The notes under the pieces: generated by a model
Databases searched by the model: none
What the model was told of the DNA's origin: nothing
What the model saw: the letters and a program-made list of their open reading frames with translations, nothing else
Virus record (IMG/VR): IMGVR_UViG_3300030101_002616
Location: 16,484 to 80,483 of that record
DNA length: 64,000 nt
Source: a virus
Reading direction: 5' to 3' (one strand)
Position numbers and translations under genes: made by a program
In this document: positions 10,338 to 19,571 of the stretch, piece after piece
Position numbering within the stretch: position 1 is the stretch's first letter
Layout of the letters: each line of letters starts with the position of its first letter

Positions 10338-12346
10338 TGAATAACTTTACTAAATTTTTATACGCATTTTTAATAGTCGCAGTATTTACTGCAGCTTCAG
10401 CGTTTGGACAATGTCCTCCAGGATCTTGGAGTTTAGATATAACTGTAAATCCTGATCAATATCCAGAAGAAACAACTTGGCATTTAGTTACGTTTAGTGG
10501 TGACACTTTGTTAGAAGGTGGGCCATATACTAATATAGTAGATTATGAACCACAGTACGCAGGTATATGTGTACCTGTTGATAGTTTTCTGTTTATATTA
10601 AACGATCAATATGGTGACGGTGTTGCAGGTAGCTTGTGGGGTGGTAATGATGGTTCTATTTATATAGAGCAATGTGGTGATACTATATGGACTTTACCTG
10701 TAGCTGATTTTGGCTATCAAATATATGATACAATATATACTTCTGGATGTCCTCCGCCCCCACCAATATACGGGTGTATGGATAGCAGTTATGTAGAGTT
10801 TGACTTAACAGCTACATTAGACACAGGTATGTGTTTTACACCAAAGATATATGGATGTACAGACTCATTAGCATATAATTATATAGACTCAGCTAATACA
10901 GATATAAATATAGATAGCTGTATGCATGAGTTAGAATTAACCGACTTAGCTGGAAATGGCTGGGCTGGTTCTTCATTAAAACTATCACAGGCAACTAGTA
11001 TGATGCCGCCATTTAACTATCAAGTTATTGGTACGTATACATTGCTAGATGGTTTTGATACAACGTTCTTTATAAATTTAGCAGCAGGGTATCCTGTTAG
11101 AGCAGTGTTTGAAATTACACAGCAATCAGACTTTACTGCAGTACAATGTGGCTATAGCTTATATTCTGAAGATTATGTAGCTATAGATATAGAAGGTGGA
11201 TTTGTAAATCCTATACCTCCATTCTTTCCTATTATGGGAGATCCATACTGCGGTAATAATTGTATAGAAAGAACATATGGTTGTATAGACAGCCTAGCAG
11301 TAAATTATAACAATACAGTAAATACAGATGATGGAACTTGTTACTATAATCCAGGGTGTACTAATCCACTTTATTTGGAGTATGACGCGGCTTATGACTA
11401 TGACGATGGTAGTTGTATTACGATGGTTGTATACGGATGTATGGACTCAACTGCACTTAATTACGATCCATTGGCTAACGTTGAGTTACCTAACTCTTGT
11501 ATTGCTATCGTAGAAGGGTGCACTGACAGTACAATGTTTAATTATAATATCAATGCAAATGTTGATGATGGTAGTTGTATATCTTTTTACTACGGATGTA
11601 CAGACCCAACAGCATTTAACTATGATAGCTTAGCGAACACAGACGACGGCTCATGCATATCCGTTGTTTGGGGCTGCACTGACCCTGCGGCCTTTAACTA
11701 CAATTCATTAGCTAATAGCGATGATGGATCATGTATACCAGTAATATTTGGTTGTACAGATCCTAGTATGTTTAACTATTGTGACACTTGTAACACAGAT
11801 AATGGTAGTTGTATACCTTACATATATGGATGTATGGATAGTACAGCTATGAATTATGATGCTACAGCTAACACAGATAATAACACTTGTATATATCCAT
11901 TCCCTGGTTGTATGGATATTACAGCTGTAAACTATGAACCGTTAGCTAATGTTACTGATAGTAGTTGTTACTATGAGTCAGGGTGTGATGCAAGTGTTCC
12001 ATATTATATACCTAACTCGTGTTTTGAATGGGTTATACAAGTAGATCCATATTGCTGTGATAATAGTTGGGATGAGCCTTGCTATGATTTATATAACTAT
12101 TGTGTAGATGGTTGGACAGGTCCTACAGACATAGCAATGTTTGAGAGAGTAGGCGTACTACCATATCCTAATCCATCAACAGGTGTAGTAAACTTTACAG
12201 CTGAGGTAGGAATAAAAGTATACGACATGTTAGGTAAGTTGATATTAGAAGATAAATCAAATACAATAAAACTTAACAAAGGTATATATCTAATTAAGAT
12301 TTCTAAGGAAAACTTAAACATAACAACAAAACTAATTATAGAATGA
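10337..12346 (+). CDS. Secreted GCTD-repeat protein with T9SS type-A C-terminal sorting domain
   Basis: Signal peptide ending AFG-Q; 11 GCxD repeats; C-terminal YPNPSTG...VYDMLGK...KGIYLIK...TKLIIE. Confidence 0.75.
   Translation: MNNFTKFLYAFLIVAVFTAASAFGQCPPGSWSLDITVNPDQYPEETTWHLVTFSGDTLLEGGPYTNIVDYEPQYAGICVPVDSFLFILNDQYGDGVAGSLWGGNDGSIYIEQCGDTIWTLPVADFGYQIYDTIYTSGCPPPPPIYGCMDSSYVEFDLTATLDTGMCFTPKIYGCTDSLAYNYIDSANTDINIDSCMHELELTDLAGNGWAGSSLKLSQATSMMPPFNYQVIGTYTLLDGFDTTFFINLAAGYPVRAVFEITQQSDFTAVQCGYSLYSEDYVAIDIEGGFVNPIPPFFPIMGDPYCGNNCIERTYGCIDSLAVNYNNTVNTDDGTCYYNPGCTNPLYLEYDAAYDYDDGSCITMVVYGCMDSTALNYDPLANVELPNSCIAIVEGCTDSTMFNYNINANVDDGSCISFYYGCTDPTAFNYDSLANTDDGSCISVVWGCTDPAAFNYNSLANSDDGSCIPVIFGCTDPSMFNYCDTCNTDNGSCIPYIYGCMDSTAMNYDATANTDNNTCIYPFPGCMDITAVNYEPLANVTDSSCYYESGCDASVPYYIPNSCFEWVIQVDPYCCDNSWDEPCYDLYNYCVDGWTGPTDIAMFERVGVLPYPNPSTGVVNFTAEVGIKVYDMLGKLILEDKSNTIKLNKGIYLIKISKENLNITTKLIIE
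11279..11972 (+). repeat. Nine tandem ~26-aa GCxDxxAxNY...DDGSC repeats
   Basis: Visible in translation, e.g. GCTDPTAFNYDSLANTDDGSCI / GCTDPAAFNYNSLANSDDGSCI. Confidence 0.85.
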
Positions 12347-12810
12347 AATTAGAAGTATTAAGATTTAGCTCACAGTCAGACTGTACACATGGATTGTTGT
12401 TTGAAGTAAATGATTTAGGCAGACACTTCTTGTGCTATACATTAGAAGACGAACATCGTGTTCTAAAAGTAAAAGGCGAGACAAGAATACCATCAGGTAC
12501 ATATAAAATAGAACTAAGAAAAGAAGGAGGATTTCATGCTAGATACGATAAAAAATATCCTGGTATACACCGTGGTATGTTGCATGTCATTGATGTTCCT
12601 GGTTTTGAGTATATTCTTATTCATACTGGAAACACTGACGAGCATACTGCTGGTTGTCTTATCGTTGGAGACAGTCAAGAAAACAATCTTATTCTCCGCG
12701 ATGGGTTCGTTGGTAAGAGCGTTAACGCGTATAAGAGGATTTATCCAGCTATTGCAAAGGCAATAGAACAAGGAGAAGAAGTAACGATAGAATATATTGA
12801 TTTTGATTAA
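12343..12810 (+). CDS. DUF5675-type putative peptidoglycan peptidase (endolysin candidate)
   Basis: CYTLED, ETRIPSGTY, ILIHTGNT..HTAGCLIVG His/Cys motif. Confidence 0.7.
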   Translation: MKLEVLRFSSQSDCTHGLLFEVNDLGRHFLCYTLEDEHRVLKVKGETRIPSGTYKIELRKEGGFHARYDKKYPGIHRGMLHVIDVPGFEYILIHTGNTDEHTAGCLIVGDSQENNLILRDGFVGKSVNAYKRIYPAIAKAIEQGEEVTIEYIDFD

Positions 12811-13964
12811 TGAAGTTTATAGGTCAGTACATACAAGATTTTATTGCTAGATTTAGAAGCGATGTTTACTTAGAAGATGTAAGCAGCGGTACTATTGCTA
12901 GTGGTGGTAACTTAGGTCTAGATTCAAACAACAAAATAGTCAAAGCAACTATAAGCAGCACAACAGATTTAGCTAGTGATGTTACAGGTACTTTACCTGT
13001 AGCTAATGGCGGAACTGGCGCAACAACCTTAACATCAAACTCTATATTAACAGGTAACGGTACATCTGCAGTTCAAGCAGAATCTGGATTAACATACGAT
13101 TCAGAAGCATTAGATGTTGGAGACGATGATGATGGCGCTGCTCAGATAAGAAGATTAAGACATACTGACGAGGCAGGAGGAGATTTATATATAAGAGGCG
13201 GTGATGCTACTGGTACAAATAAAGCAGGTGGAGATTTACAATTATTTGGCGGTAGAGCAACTGGTAATGCCAATGGAGGATCAATAATTTTACAAACAGG
13301 AGCTCTTGGTGAAAGTAGTGGAACGACTTTACGAGGCACAAGCACTATAGCTTCATTTAGAGGTTCTGATAAAAAAACATTATTAACTGGTAATTTAATA
13401 TTTGAAGGACCTGTAGTAGATGGTAATGACACAGAATTTTCTATAACAGAGCAAACTGCAAATAGAACAATAACGATTCCTGATGCTTCTGGTACTATAG
13501 CTTTTTTAGATAGTGATATTACAGGTACTGCGACTAACGCTACAAAACAAATATTTGTTACAACGCATAACTTTCAGCTAAACAACAATACTAGCATTAA
13601 AAATTATGTACCGTTTAATAACTTAAACGAAAGTACTAGCGGAGGTCCTATGAATAATTATTGGACTAGAACTTTAGCTCCTTATCCTGGTACTATAAAA
13701 AAGATAGCAGTAAGGTCTCAAACAAGCTTAGGTTCTAGCTGTGAGCTAAGAATATCAAAAATAACAGACACTACAGATAAATTAGAAGACGGTACGCATG
13801 TTGATAATACAGGCATAGATTTAAGTACTGCTCAAACAACTGTAATAACAACAATGAATACTAATAGTTTTGCCGCAGGAGATGCTGTAGGTGTAGCTCT
13901 TCAAAGAAGTGCTGGTACAGCCGCGCAAGTAATAGTAACAATAGTTTGGGAATATACAACATAA
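12810..13964 (+). CDS. Tail fibre-like protein
   Basis: VTGTLPVANGGTGATT, GGDLYIRGG/GGDLQLFGG repeats, TANRTITIPDASGTIA fibre motif. Confidence 0.6.
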   Translation: MKFIGQYIQDFIARFRSDVYLEDVSSGTIASGGNLGLDSNNKIVKATISSTTDLASDVTGTLPVANGGTGATTLTSNSILTGNGTSAVQAESGLTYDSEALDVGDDDDGAAQIRRLRHTDEAGGDLYIRGGDATGTNKAGGDLQLFGGRATGNANGGSIILQTGALGESSGTTLRGTSTIASFRGSDKKTLLTGNLIFEGPVVDGNDTEFSITEQTANRTITIPDASGTIAFLDSDITGTATNATKQIFVTTHNFQLNNNTSIKNYVPFNNLNESTSGGPMNNYWTRTLAPYPGTIKKIAVRSQTSLGSSCELRISKITDTTDKLEDGTHVDNTGIDLSTAQTTVITTMNTNSFAAGDAVGVALQRSAGTAAQVIVTIVWEYTT

Positions 13965-13967
13965 ATT

Positions 13968-14501
13968 ATGGCTTTAGCAAATAAAAAAATAACAGATATA
14001 TTTAATAAAAAAACTGGAGGAGCAAAAGACTCTAAGTCTATAACAGATTCAGTAGAGCTTGATATTAAAACTAAGTTTGACAACGGTGAGCATATTGAAG
14101 ATAATGGTATGTTTACTAATTTAGCTCCAGCTCTGTATGCCGTGCAGCAAGTTGCAGATGATATAGAAGAAATAAGAAGATTTATTACTAGCGAAATAAC
14201 TAGTATATCTACATCACAAGCTAATGCTATAACAGCTAATACGGCTAAGACTACTTTTCCTGGTTTTGGAACAAGTTCAGGCACAGCATTAGAAGGTGAT
14301 ACCACTACAATAACTACTACACAAGCAAATGAAATTACAGCTAACACAGCTAAAGTAAGTCAGGGTTTAAAAACTGCAAACATGTCGATGCAGTTTGATG
14401 TAGTAAATACAAAAGGAACATATACGTTAACAATAACTATTATTGATAGTACTAATCCTAAAGCGCCAGTAACTAAAACAGTAACTTTAAATTTAAAGTG
14501 A
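13968..14501 (+). CDS. Fibre-associated hypothetical protein
   Basis: Internal duplication SQANAITANTAK / TQANEITANTAK. Confidence 0.45.
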   Translation: MALANKKITDIFNKKTGGAKDSKSITDSVELDIKTKFDNGEHIEDNGMFTNLAPALYAVQQVADDIEEIRRFITSEITSISTSQANAITANTAKTTFPGFGTSSGTALEGDTTTITTTQANEITANTAKVSQGLKTANMSMQFDVVNTKGTYTLTITIIDSTNPKAPVTKTVTLNLK

Positions 14502-14941
14502 GGTATATATACAGAAATATAACAACAGCACACACTCCTGTGATATGTATTCCTAGAGAAAGGGAAGACTCAGTTATTGTAATACATAAATGTGATATAG
14601 CAAATGTAAGCGGTAGCGATGCTACTGTTAGTGTATATTTAGAAACTTATGATATTAATAAAACAGAACATCTATTTGGAAATCAAGACATAGGTAATTA
14701 TACTGAAACTATTGATGACTATACAGATAAAGCAGATCAAGAGATTTATTATAAGATAAAAAATGTTAGTGTACCGGTAGGAACTACACTATCACTATTT
14801 ACAGATCATCCTTGTGGTCATGATAACAAATTTAATTTTGTAATAGAGACTTCACAAAATGTAGATGTAATTTTAGATTATAAAATTAATGAAATAGAAA
14901 AATCTAGAAGCATAACAACAAGAACTATAAATCAATACTAA
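14498..14941 (+). CDS. Hypothetical protein
   Basis: 147 aa, GTG start overlapping the upstream stop. Confidence 0.45.
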   Translation: MRYIYRNITTAHTPVICIPREREDSVIVIHKCDIANVSGSDATVSVYLETYDINKTEHLFGNQDIGNYTETIDDYTDKADQEIYYKIKNVSVPVGTTLSLFTDHPCGHDNKFNFVIETSQNVDVILDYKINEIEKSRSITTRTINQY

Positions 14942-14942
14942 T

Positions 14943-15362
14943 ATGATACAAAAAGTAATGGGCGGATTATTTGGCAAAGTGCTAGACAACGCTGAAGGAA
15001 TACTAGACAAAGTAATTACAACTGATAAAGAAAGAGATCAGGCTAAGATAGAATTACAAAAGATAATGCTAGAAGCAGAACGTGAAGCTTTTGCTAAAGA
15101 AGTAGAAGATAGAAAGTCTGCAAGAGATATGTATAAAGATGATGCTATCATCCAAAAAGTGTTAGCAACTTTGTTCACAGTTGCATACTTTGGTATTAGT
15201 TTTGTGATGTTTAATCACTTTGTTCTAGGAGATATAAACTTGGGAGAGTTTGAAATTAGCTTTATTTCTACTATCTTTGGAGCAATGTCGGCAAAAGTCA
15301 ACACAATTGTTGATTTCTTTTTTGGCGGCAGTTCAAAGAAAAATAGTAACGAAGACAAATAA
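14943..15362 (+). CDS. Holin (3TM/GTA-holin-like)
   Basis: N-terminal amphipathic helix, coiled coil, DRKSAR, two TM helices, FFFGGSS end. Confidence 0.65.
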   Translation: MIQKVMGGLFGKVLDNAEGILDKVITTDKERDQAKIELQKIMLEAEREAFAKEVEDRKSARDMYKDDAIIQKVLATLFTVAYFGISFVMFNHFVLGDINLGEFEISFISTIFGAMSAKVNTIVDFFFGGSSKKNSNEDK

Positions 15363-15377
15363 CCAACAACCAATATT

Positions 15378-16508
15378 ATGACCAAAGACGAAGTAAAAGC
15401 TTTTCTAAAAGAGAAGCCTGGCTACCTTAAGGAAGGTGCTGCTAGACTATCAGAGAAGCTAAATTGTAGTGTAGAAACATGTAGACATGCATTAACAGAA
15501 GCGCGAATAGATGCAAAAGGATCTGACTTTGATCTGGATAACGTAAGTACTTCAGAGATAAGTGAGTTCAAACAGTTCTTAAAAGATAATGAAATAGAAG
15601 AAACAGATGTCAAGTCTGTAAAGTTTTGGCAAAACATGCAAGGGGATCATAGATTCTCTGTCGTAGTCAAAGGAGAAGACGATCTAATGAAGCAAGCAAA
15701 GGAAGAAATGATTGCACTTCTAGAGTCTTACAGCCCAAAGGTTGAACAGGATTACAACACCGTCCAAGACCCAGTTACATATGAGATCTCCTTACCAGAT
15801 ATTCACTATGGTAAGTATACTGGACAGACACTTGACCAAGCTGAGGAGGAGTATATGAATACTGTAAAAGATTTGTTGTCTAAGGCGGAAGGCCTAAACA
15901 TAGAAAGAATCTTGTTGCCTATAGGTAATGATGGTATGAACTCTGAGGGATATTCCCGTGCTACCACTAAAGGTACACCTCAGCAAGATTCAGCAGAATG
16001 GCAAGAAACATTTGTAGGATATTGTAACCTAATGGTAAGAGCAATAAACTACTTAGCTAAATCTGCACCTGTAGATGTGATTATTGTGCAAGGTAATCAT
16101 GACTATGAAAGAATGTTTTATGCAGGTGAATACCTGAGAGCGTTCTTTAAAAATGATGATAGAGTTGATGTTGATAATAACTTTGACTCTAGAAAATACT
16201 ATAAATACGGAGTTAACTTAATTATGTTTACACACGGAGATAAAGAGAAACCAGCTGAGATGCCGTTAATAATGGCTACTGAACAACCTATGTTATTTGC
16301 ACAGACTAAGTTTAGAGAGGTTCACTGCGGACATAAACATAAAGAACAAGTTAATGAATATCGAGGAGTAAAGGTAAGATTTATACCATCAATATGTGGT
16401 AATGACTCATGGCATAAGATGATGGGTTACGAAGCAAAGAGAACAGGCCAAGCACATATATGGAGTAAAGAGCGCGGATATGAAGGATATTTACAAACGA
16501 ACATATAA
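15378..16508 (+). CDS. Calcineurin-like metallophosphoesterase
   Basis: Motifs DIHYG, GND, GNHD, THGD, GHKH. Confidence 0.8.
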   Translation: MTKDEVKAFLKEKPGYLKEGAARLSEKLNCSVETCRHALTEARIDAKGSDFDLDNVSTSEISEFKQFLKDNEIEETDVKSVKFWQNMQGDHRFSVVVKGEDDLMKQAKEEMIALLESYSPKVEQDYNTVQDPVTYEISLPDIHYGKYTGQTLDQAEEEYMNTVKDLLSKAEGLNIERILLPIGNDGMNSEGYSRATTKGTPQQDSAEWQETFVGYCNLMVRAINYLAKSAPVDVIIVQGNHDYERMFYAGEYLRAFFKNDDRVDVDNNFDSRKYYKYGVNLIMFTHGDKEKPAEMPLIMATEQPMLFAQTKFREVHCGHKHKEQVNEYRGVKVRFIPSICGNDSWHKMMGYEAKRTGQAHIWSKERGYEGYLQTNI

Positions 16509-16511
16509 CAC

Positions 16512-17195
16512 ATGACACTAAATGAGATTGCATATAATATTTTAAACTTGGTTAGAGGTGGTAGATCTAGCAATAATGAACACATATCTCTTGATCAAGT
16601 TAAATTTAATGTGAAGTACTACAGAGCTATGCTTATACGTAGAGACTTTGCTAGAAACGGTACTATAACTAGACACTTAGAACAAGATCTTAAATGCTTA
16701 GAGCTAGTTAAAGTAGACGCGTCAAAGTGTTGCAATCTTCCTACAGAGTGTGCGGTGTATAAAACTATTAGAAAGATACCAAGAACAGTTAGATTTAATT
16801 TTAAGGATGCAGTTACTTATGTAGGCGCTATTGATGGTAAAACTAATATACCAATAGTAGAATCACACACGGTACAATGGTTACCATATGATAAGTACAC
16901 TAAAAATAAAATGAAAGCTTATATGATTGAAGATCATTTGTATGTATACAATGCAGATGGTCTGAAGTTTATAAATGTCAGAGGGATATTTGAAGACCCT
17001 GAAGAACTCTCTGAGTATGATTGTGACGGAAATGATTGCTATGATAGCGAATCACCATTTCCTATCCCTATGGATATGTTACAAACAATTACACAAGGTA
17101 TTATGAGCGGAGAGCTTATGATGCTATCAACGTCAGTAAATGACACAACTAATGATACGATGCAGGATCAGGGCAGACCTGCACCAAGACAATAA
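16512..17195 (+). CDS. crAss-type tail ring/structural protein
   Basis: MTLNEIAYNI...VRGIFEDPEE...FPIP pattern and synteny upstream of IHF-like, ring and muzzle genes. Confidence 0.55.
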   Translation: MTLNEIAYNILNLVRGGRSSNNEHISLDQVKFNVKYYRAMLIRRDFARNGTITRHLEQDLKCLELVKVDASKCCNLPTECAVYKTIRKIPRTVRFNFKDAVTYVGAIDGKTNIPIVESHTVQWLPYDKYTKNKMKAYMIEDHLYVYNADGLKFINVRGIFEDPEELSEYDCDGNDCYDSESPFPIPMDMLQTITQGIMSGELMMLSTSVNDTTNDTMQDQGRPAPRQ

Positions 17196-17219
17196 TTATA
17201 ATTATAAATATTTTTAAAA

Positions 17220-17960
17220 ATGAATAAGAAAAAAATGATGTACGGAGGGTCTAAGAAAAAGATGATGATGTACGGTGGTAAAAAAATGATGCAAAAAGGC
17301 GGTAAGCTAAGGATGGTAAAAGGTCCTGATGGCAAGATGGTTCCTTTCTATGCAGCTGACGGTAAAGGTAAGATGCAGATGGGCGGGAGTAATAGTTTGC
17401 CAGCTAAGGTACCAGCAGCAAAATTTGAGCGAGGTGATGGACCAGATAAAGGAATGTCTAAAAGAGATATGCGAAAGCGAGATAGAAAGAAAAGGAAAAT
17501 AGAAAAAAGAATTGGCAGGATAATAGGTAAGGAAGGAGCAGCCACAGCTAAAATGCAGATGGGCGGTAACTTAGCTGATGTTAACATGAAAGATGCTAGA
17601 GAAGCAAAAAGAACTAGACGTCGTGGTGAGAGAGGTATGGCAAAAGATGATGCTAAAAGAGCTAGAGCTGCTAACCGAATTAAGCGTGCTGGTGAAAGAG
17701 CTATGGCTAAGGACGATAGACAGAACAAAAGAGCTAGCAGAAAAGCAAACAGAAAAATGGATGCTGCTGAAAGAAAGCTGTTAGCTGGGAGACAAGCTAC
17801 TGCTCAAGGCAAGCTAAAGAAGGCTACTAGAAAAACTAGAAAAGTTGGTAAGAAACTTGGACAAGCTAGTAAAGCAATGATGGGCATGGGCGGTAAAAAG
17901 ATGATGTACCAAATGGGTGGATTCATCGAGCCAGGTGTATTTGACTTAGATAGAGACTAG
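17220..17960 (+). CDS. Highly basic K/R/M/G-rich protein with repeated xxGG motifs
   Basis: MMYGG x2, MQKGG, MQMGG x2, MGMGG, YQMGG. Confidence 0.6.
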   Translation: MNKKKMMYGGSKKKMMMYGGKKMMQKGGKLRMVKGPDGKMVPFYAADGKGKMQMGGSNSLPAKVPAAKFERGDGPDKGMSKRDMRKRDRKKRKIEKRIGRIIGKEGAATAKMQMGGNLADVNMKDAREAKRTRRRGERGMAKDDAKRARAANRIKRAGERAMAKDDRQNKRASRKANRKMDAAERKLLAGRQATAQGKLKKATRKTRKVGKKLGQASKAMMGMGGKKMMYQMGGFIEPGVFDLDRD

Positions 17961-18424
17961 TGCAACACACCATCTCTCACATATACAATGATTATGTAGA
18001 GGCTGACAGCAGTATATCAAAGCAAACTTTTGTAGATATATGCAGTGAGTTTAATATGATGATTATAGATTACATTCTAGACGGTAAAGAGTTTAACATG
18101 GGGTATAACCTATCAACTCTTTCCGTCGTAAGAATGGAGAGAGATCCTAGAAATCCAGGTATAGACTGGGGTGAGTCAAACAAATATAAAGCTGAGCTAT
18201 TAGAAAATGGTAGTAAGCTTTACAACAAAGACACTGGAGACGGTGTCAAATGGCACATATACTATACAGACAATGAGTATCTTAAATACTACTGGCGTAA
18301 AGGTAAGTGCAAAGTAAAGAACAAAACAGTTTACAGATTTGATGCTACACGAGGAGTGAAGGGCAACAAGGGTAGACTGAAGGAATTAGATGAACTAGAT
18401 TATTTAAAATTTAAAAAGAATTAG
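17960..18424 (+). CDS. crAss-type IHF/HU-like protein
   Basis: IIDYILDGKEFNMGYNLSTLSV resembles the HU helix-strand; IDWGES; synteny before tail ring and muzzle. Confidence 0.5.
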   Translation: MQHTISHIYNDYVEADSSISKQTFVDICSEFNMMIIDYILDGKEFNMGYNLSTLSVVRMERDPRNPGIDWGESNKYKAELLENGSKLYNKDTGDGVKWHIYYTDNEYLKYYWRKGKCKVKNKTVYRFDATRGVKGNKGRLKELDELDYLKFKKN

Positions 18425-18426
18425 AG

Positions 18427-19008
18427 ATGCCAAAAGACGCGTGTTATCATAAGGTTGTAGCCCGTTACGGTCCTAAGACATCTGCATACAGAAGTGGTGC
18501 GATGGCTAAGTGTCGTAAGGTTGGAGCTGCTAACTGGGGAAATAAAAGTAAAAAAGAAAAAGGTGGATTAGCTGCTAGTCTAATGTCAGACGTATATGGT
18601 AGTGGCCGCAAGTTAAAGAAAAGACAGAATGGCGGTCAGTCTAATATTGGACCAAAGTCGGCAAAGAGATTTAGAGAAAATCCATTTCCTGGTCCTGCGT
18701 TTACTAAGGAACAGGAAGCGCAAGCAGCAAGAGCAAGGAAGAAGGTTAAAAGGGCACTTAAAGACCCGTACGGAACACTCAGAAAGATAGGAAAGAAAAT
18801 AAGAAAGAAACTGAAAATGAAAAATGGAGGAGTTTCTAAAGTTAAAGGTGTTAGTACAGAAGGATTAACATCTAGACAAGCTACTACGTTAAAGAAACAT
18901 TCTGTACATCATACTAGAAAACATATACAATCAATGGTTAATGCTATGAAGAAAGGTGCATCATTTAGTGCATCACATAAGATGGCGCAGAAAAAAGTTG
19001 GATCATAA
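18427..19008 (+). CDS. Basic hypothetical protein
   Basis: KDACYHKV..Y...SAYRSGAMAKCRK motif I recall from marine phage proteins; three xxGG motifs. Confidence 0.55.
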   Translation: MPKDACYHKVVARYGPKTSAYRSGAMAKCRKVGAANWGNKSKKEKGGLAASLMSDVYGSGRKLKKRQNGGQSNIGPKSAKRFRENPFPGPAFTKEQEAQAARARKKVKRALKDPYGTLRKIGKKIRKKLKMKNGGVSKVKGVSTEGLTSRQATTLKKHSVHHTRKHIQSMVNAMKKGASFSASHKMAQKKVGS

Positions 19009-19298
19009 TGGCTGTAAGAAAAACTGCTGCAGGCGCTAGACTAAAGCGTTGGTTTAAAGAAAAGTGGAGAACACCTCGTGGTAATAAAGACTACAGTGGA
19101 GGTGAGAACACATTTAGACCTACTAGACGTATATCTAAAGATACACCATCTACGTGGTCTGAACTGTCTGCATCAGAGAAGGCTAGAGCTCAGCAAGAGA
19201 AGAATACTAAAGGAAGAGTTAGTAGATATAAAAAGAAAAAGAAAGTTAAACGTGCGAAGGGTGGTGGATTTATACTACCTGGACCAACAATGATATAA
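19008..19298 (+). CDS. Basic protein, DUF5872-like
   Basis: LKRWFKEKW...RPTRRISKDTPSTWSELS. Confidence 0.5.
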   Translation: MAVRKTAAGARLKRWFKEKWRTPRGNKDYSGGENTFRPTRRISKDTPSTWSELSASEKARAQQEKNTKGRVSRYKKKKKVKRAKGGGFILPGPTMI

Positions 19299-19300
19299 CT

Positions 19301-19570
19301 ATGGCAACACCAGCATGGCAAAGAAAAGCAGGAAAGAATCCTAGCGGTGGGTTAAACGCTGCAGGAAGACGATCTTATAATCAATCTACAGGTGGTAATT
19401 TAAAAGCTCCTAGTAAAAAGAAAGGAAACAAAAGACGCTCTAGTTTCTGTAGTAGAATGTGCGGCATGAAAGCTAAACGTACAGGAGCTAAAGGTCAAAG
19501 AGATCCTAAATCAAGAATTAACAAATCGCTACGTGCATGGAATTGTGGTAGCTGTAGTAACTGGAGATAA
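19301..19570 (+). CDS. Basic protein, DUF6321-like
   Basis: GKNPSGGLN...LKAP...RRSSFCSRM...SRINKSLRAWNC. Confidence 0.55.
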   Translation: MATPAWQRKAGKNPSGGLNAAGRRSYNQSTGGNLKAPSKKKGNKRRSSFCSRMCGMKAKRTGAKGQRDPKSRINKSLRAWNCGSCSNWR

Positions 19571-19571
19571 T

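Noticed and set aside
11279-11972. CRISPR array or DGR repeat
   Set aside because: Repeats are conserved at protein level and degenerate in DNA; no spacers and no reverse transcriptase
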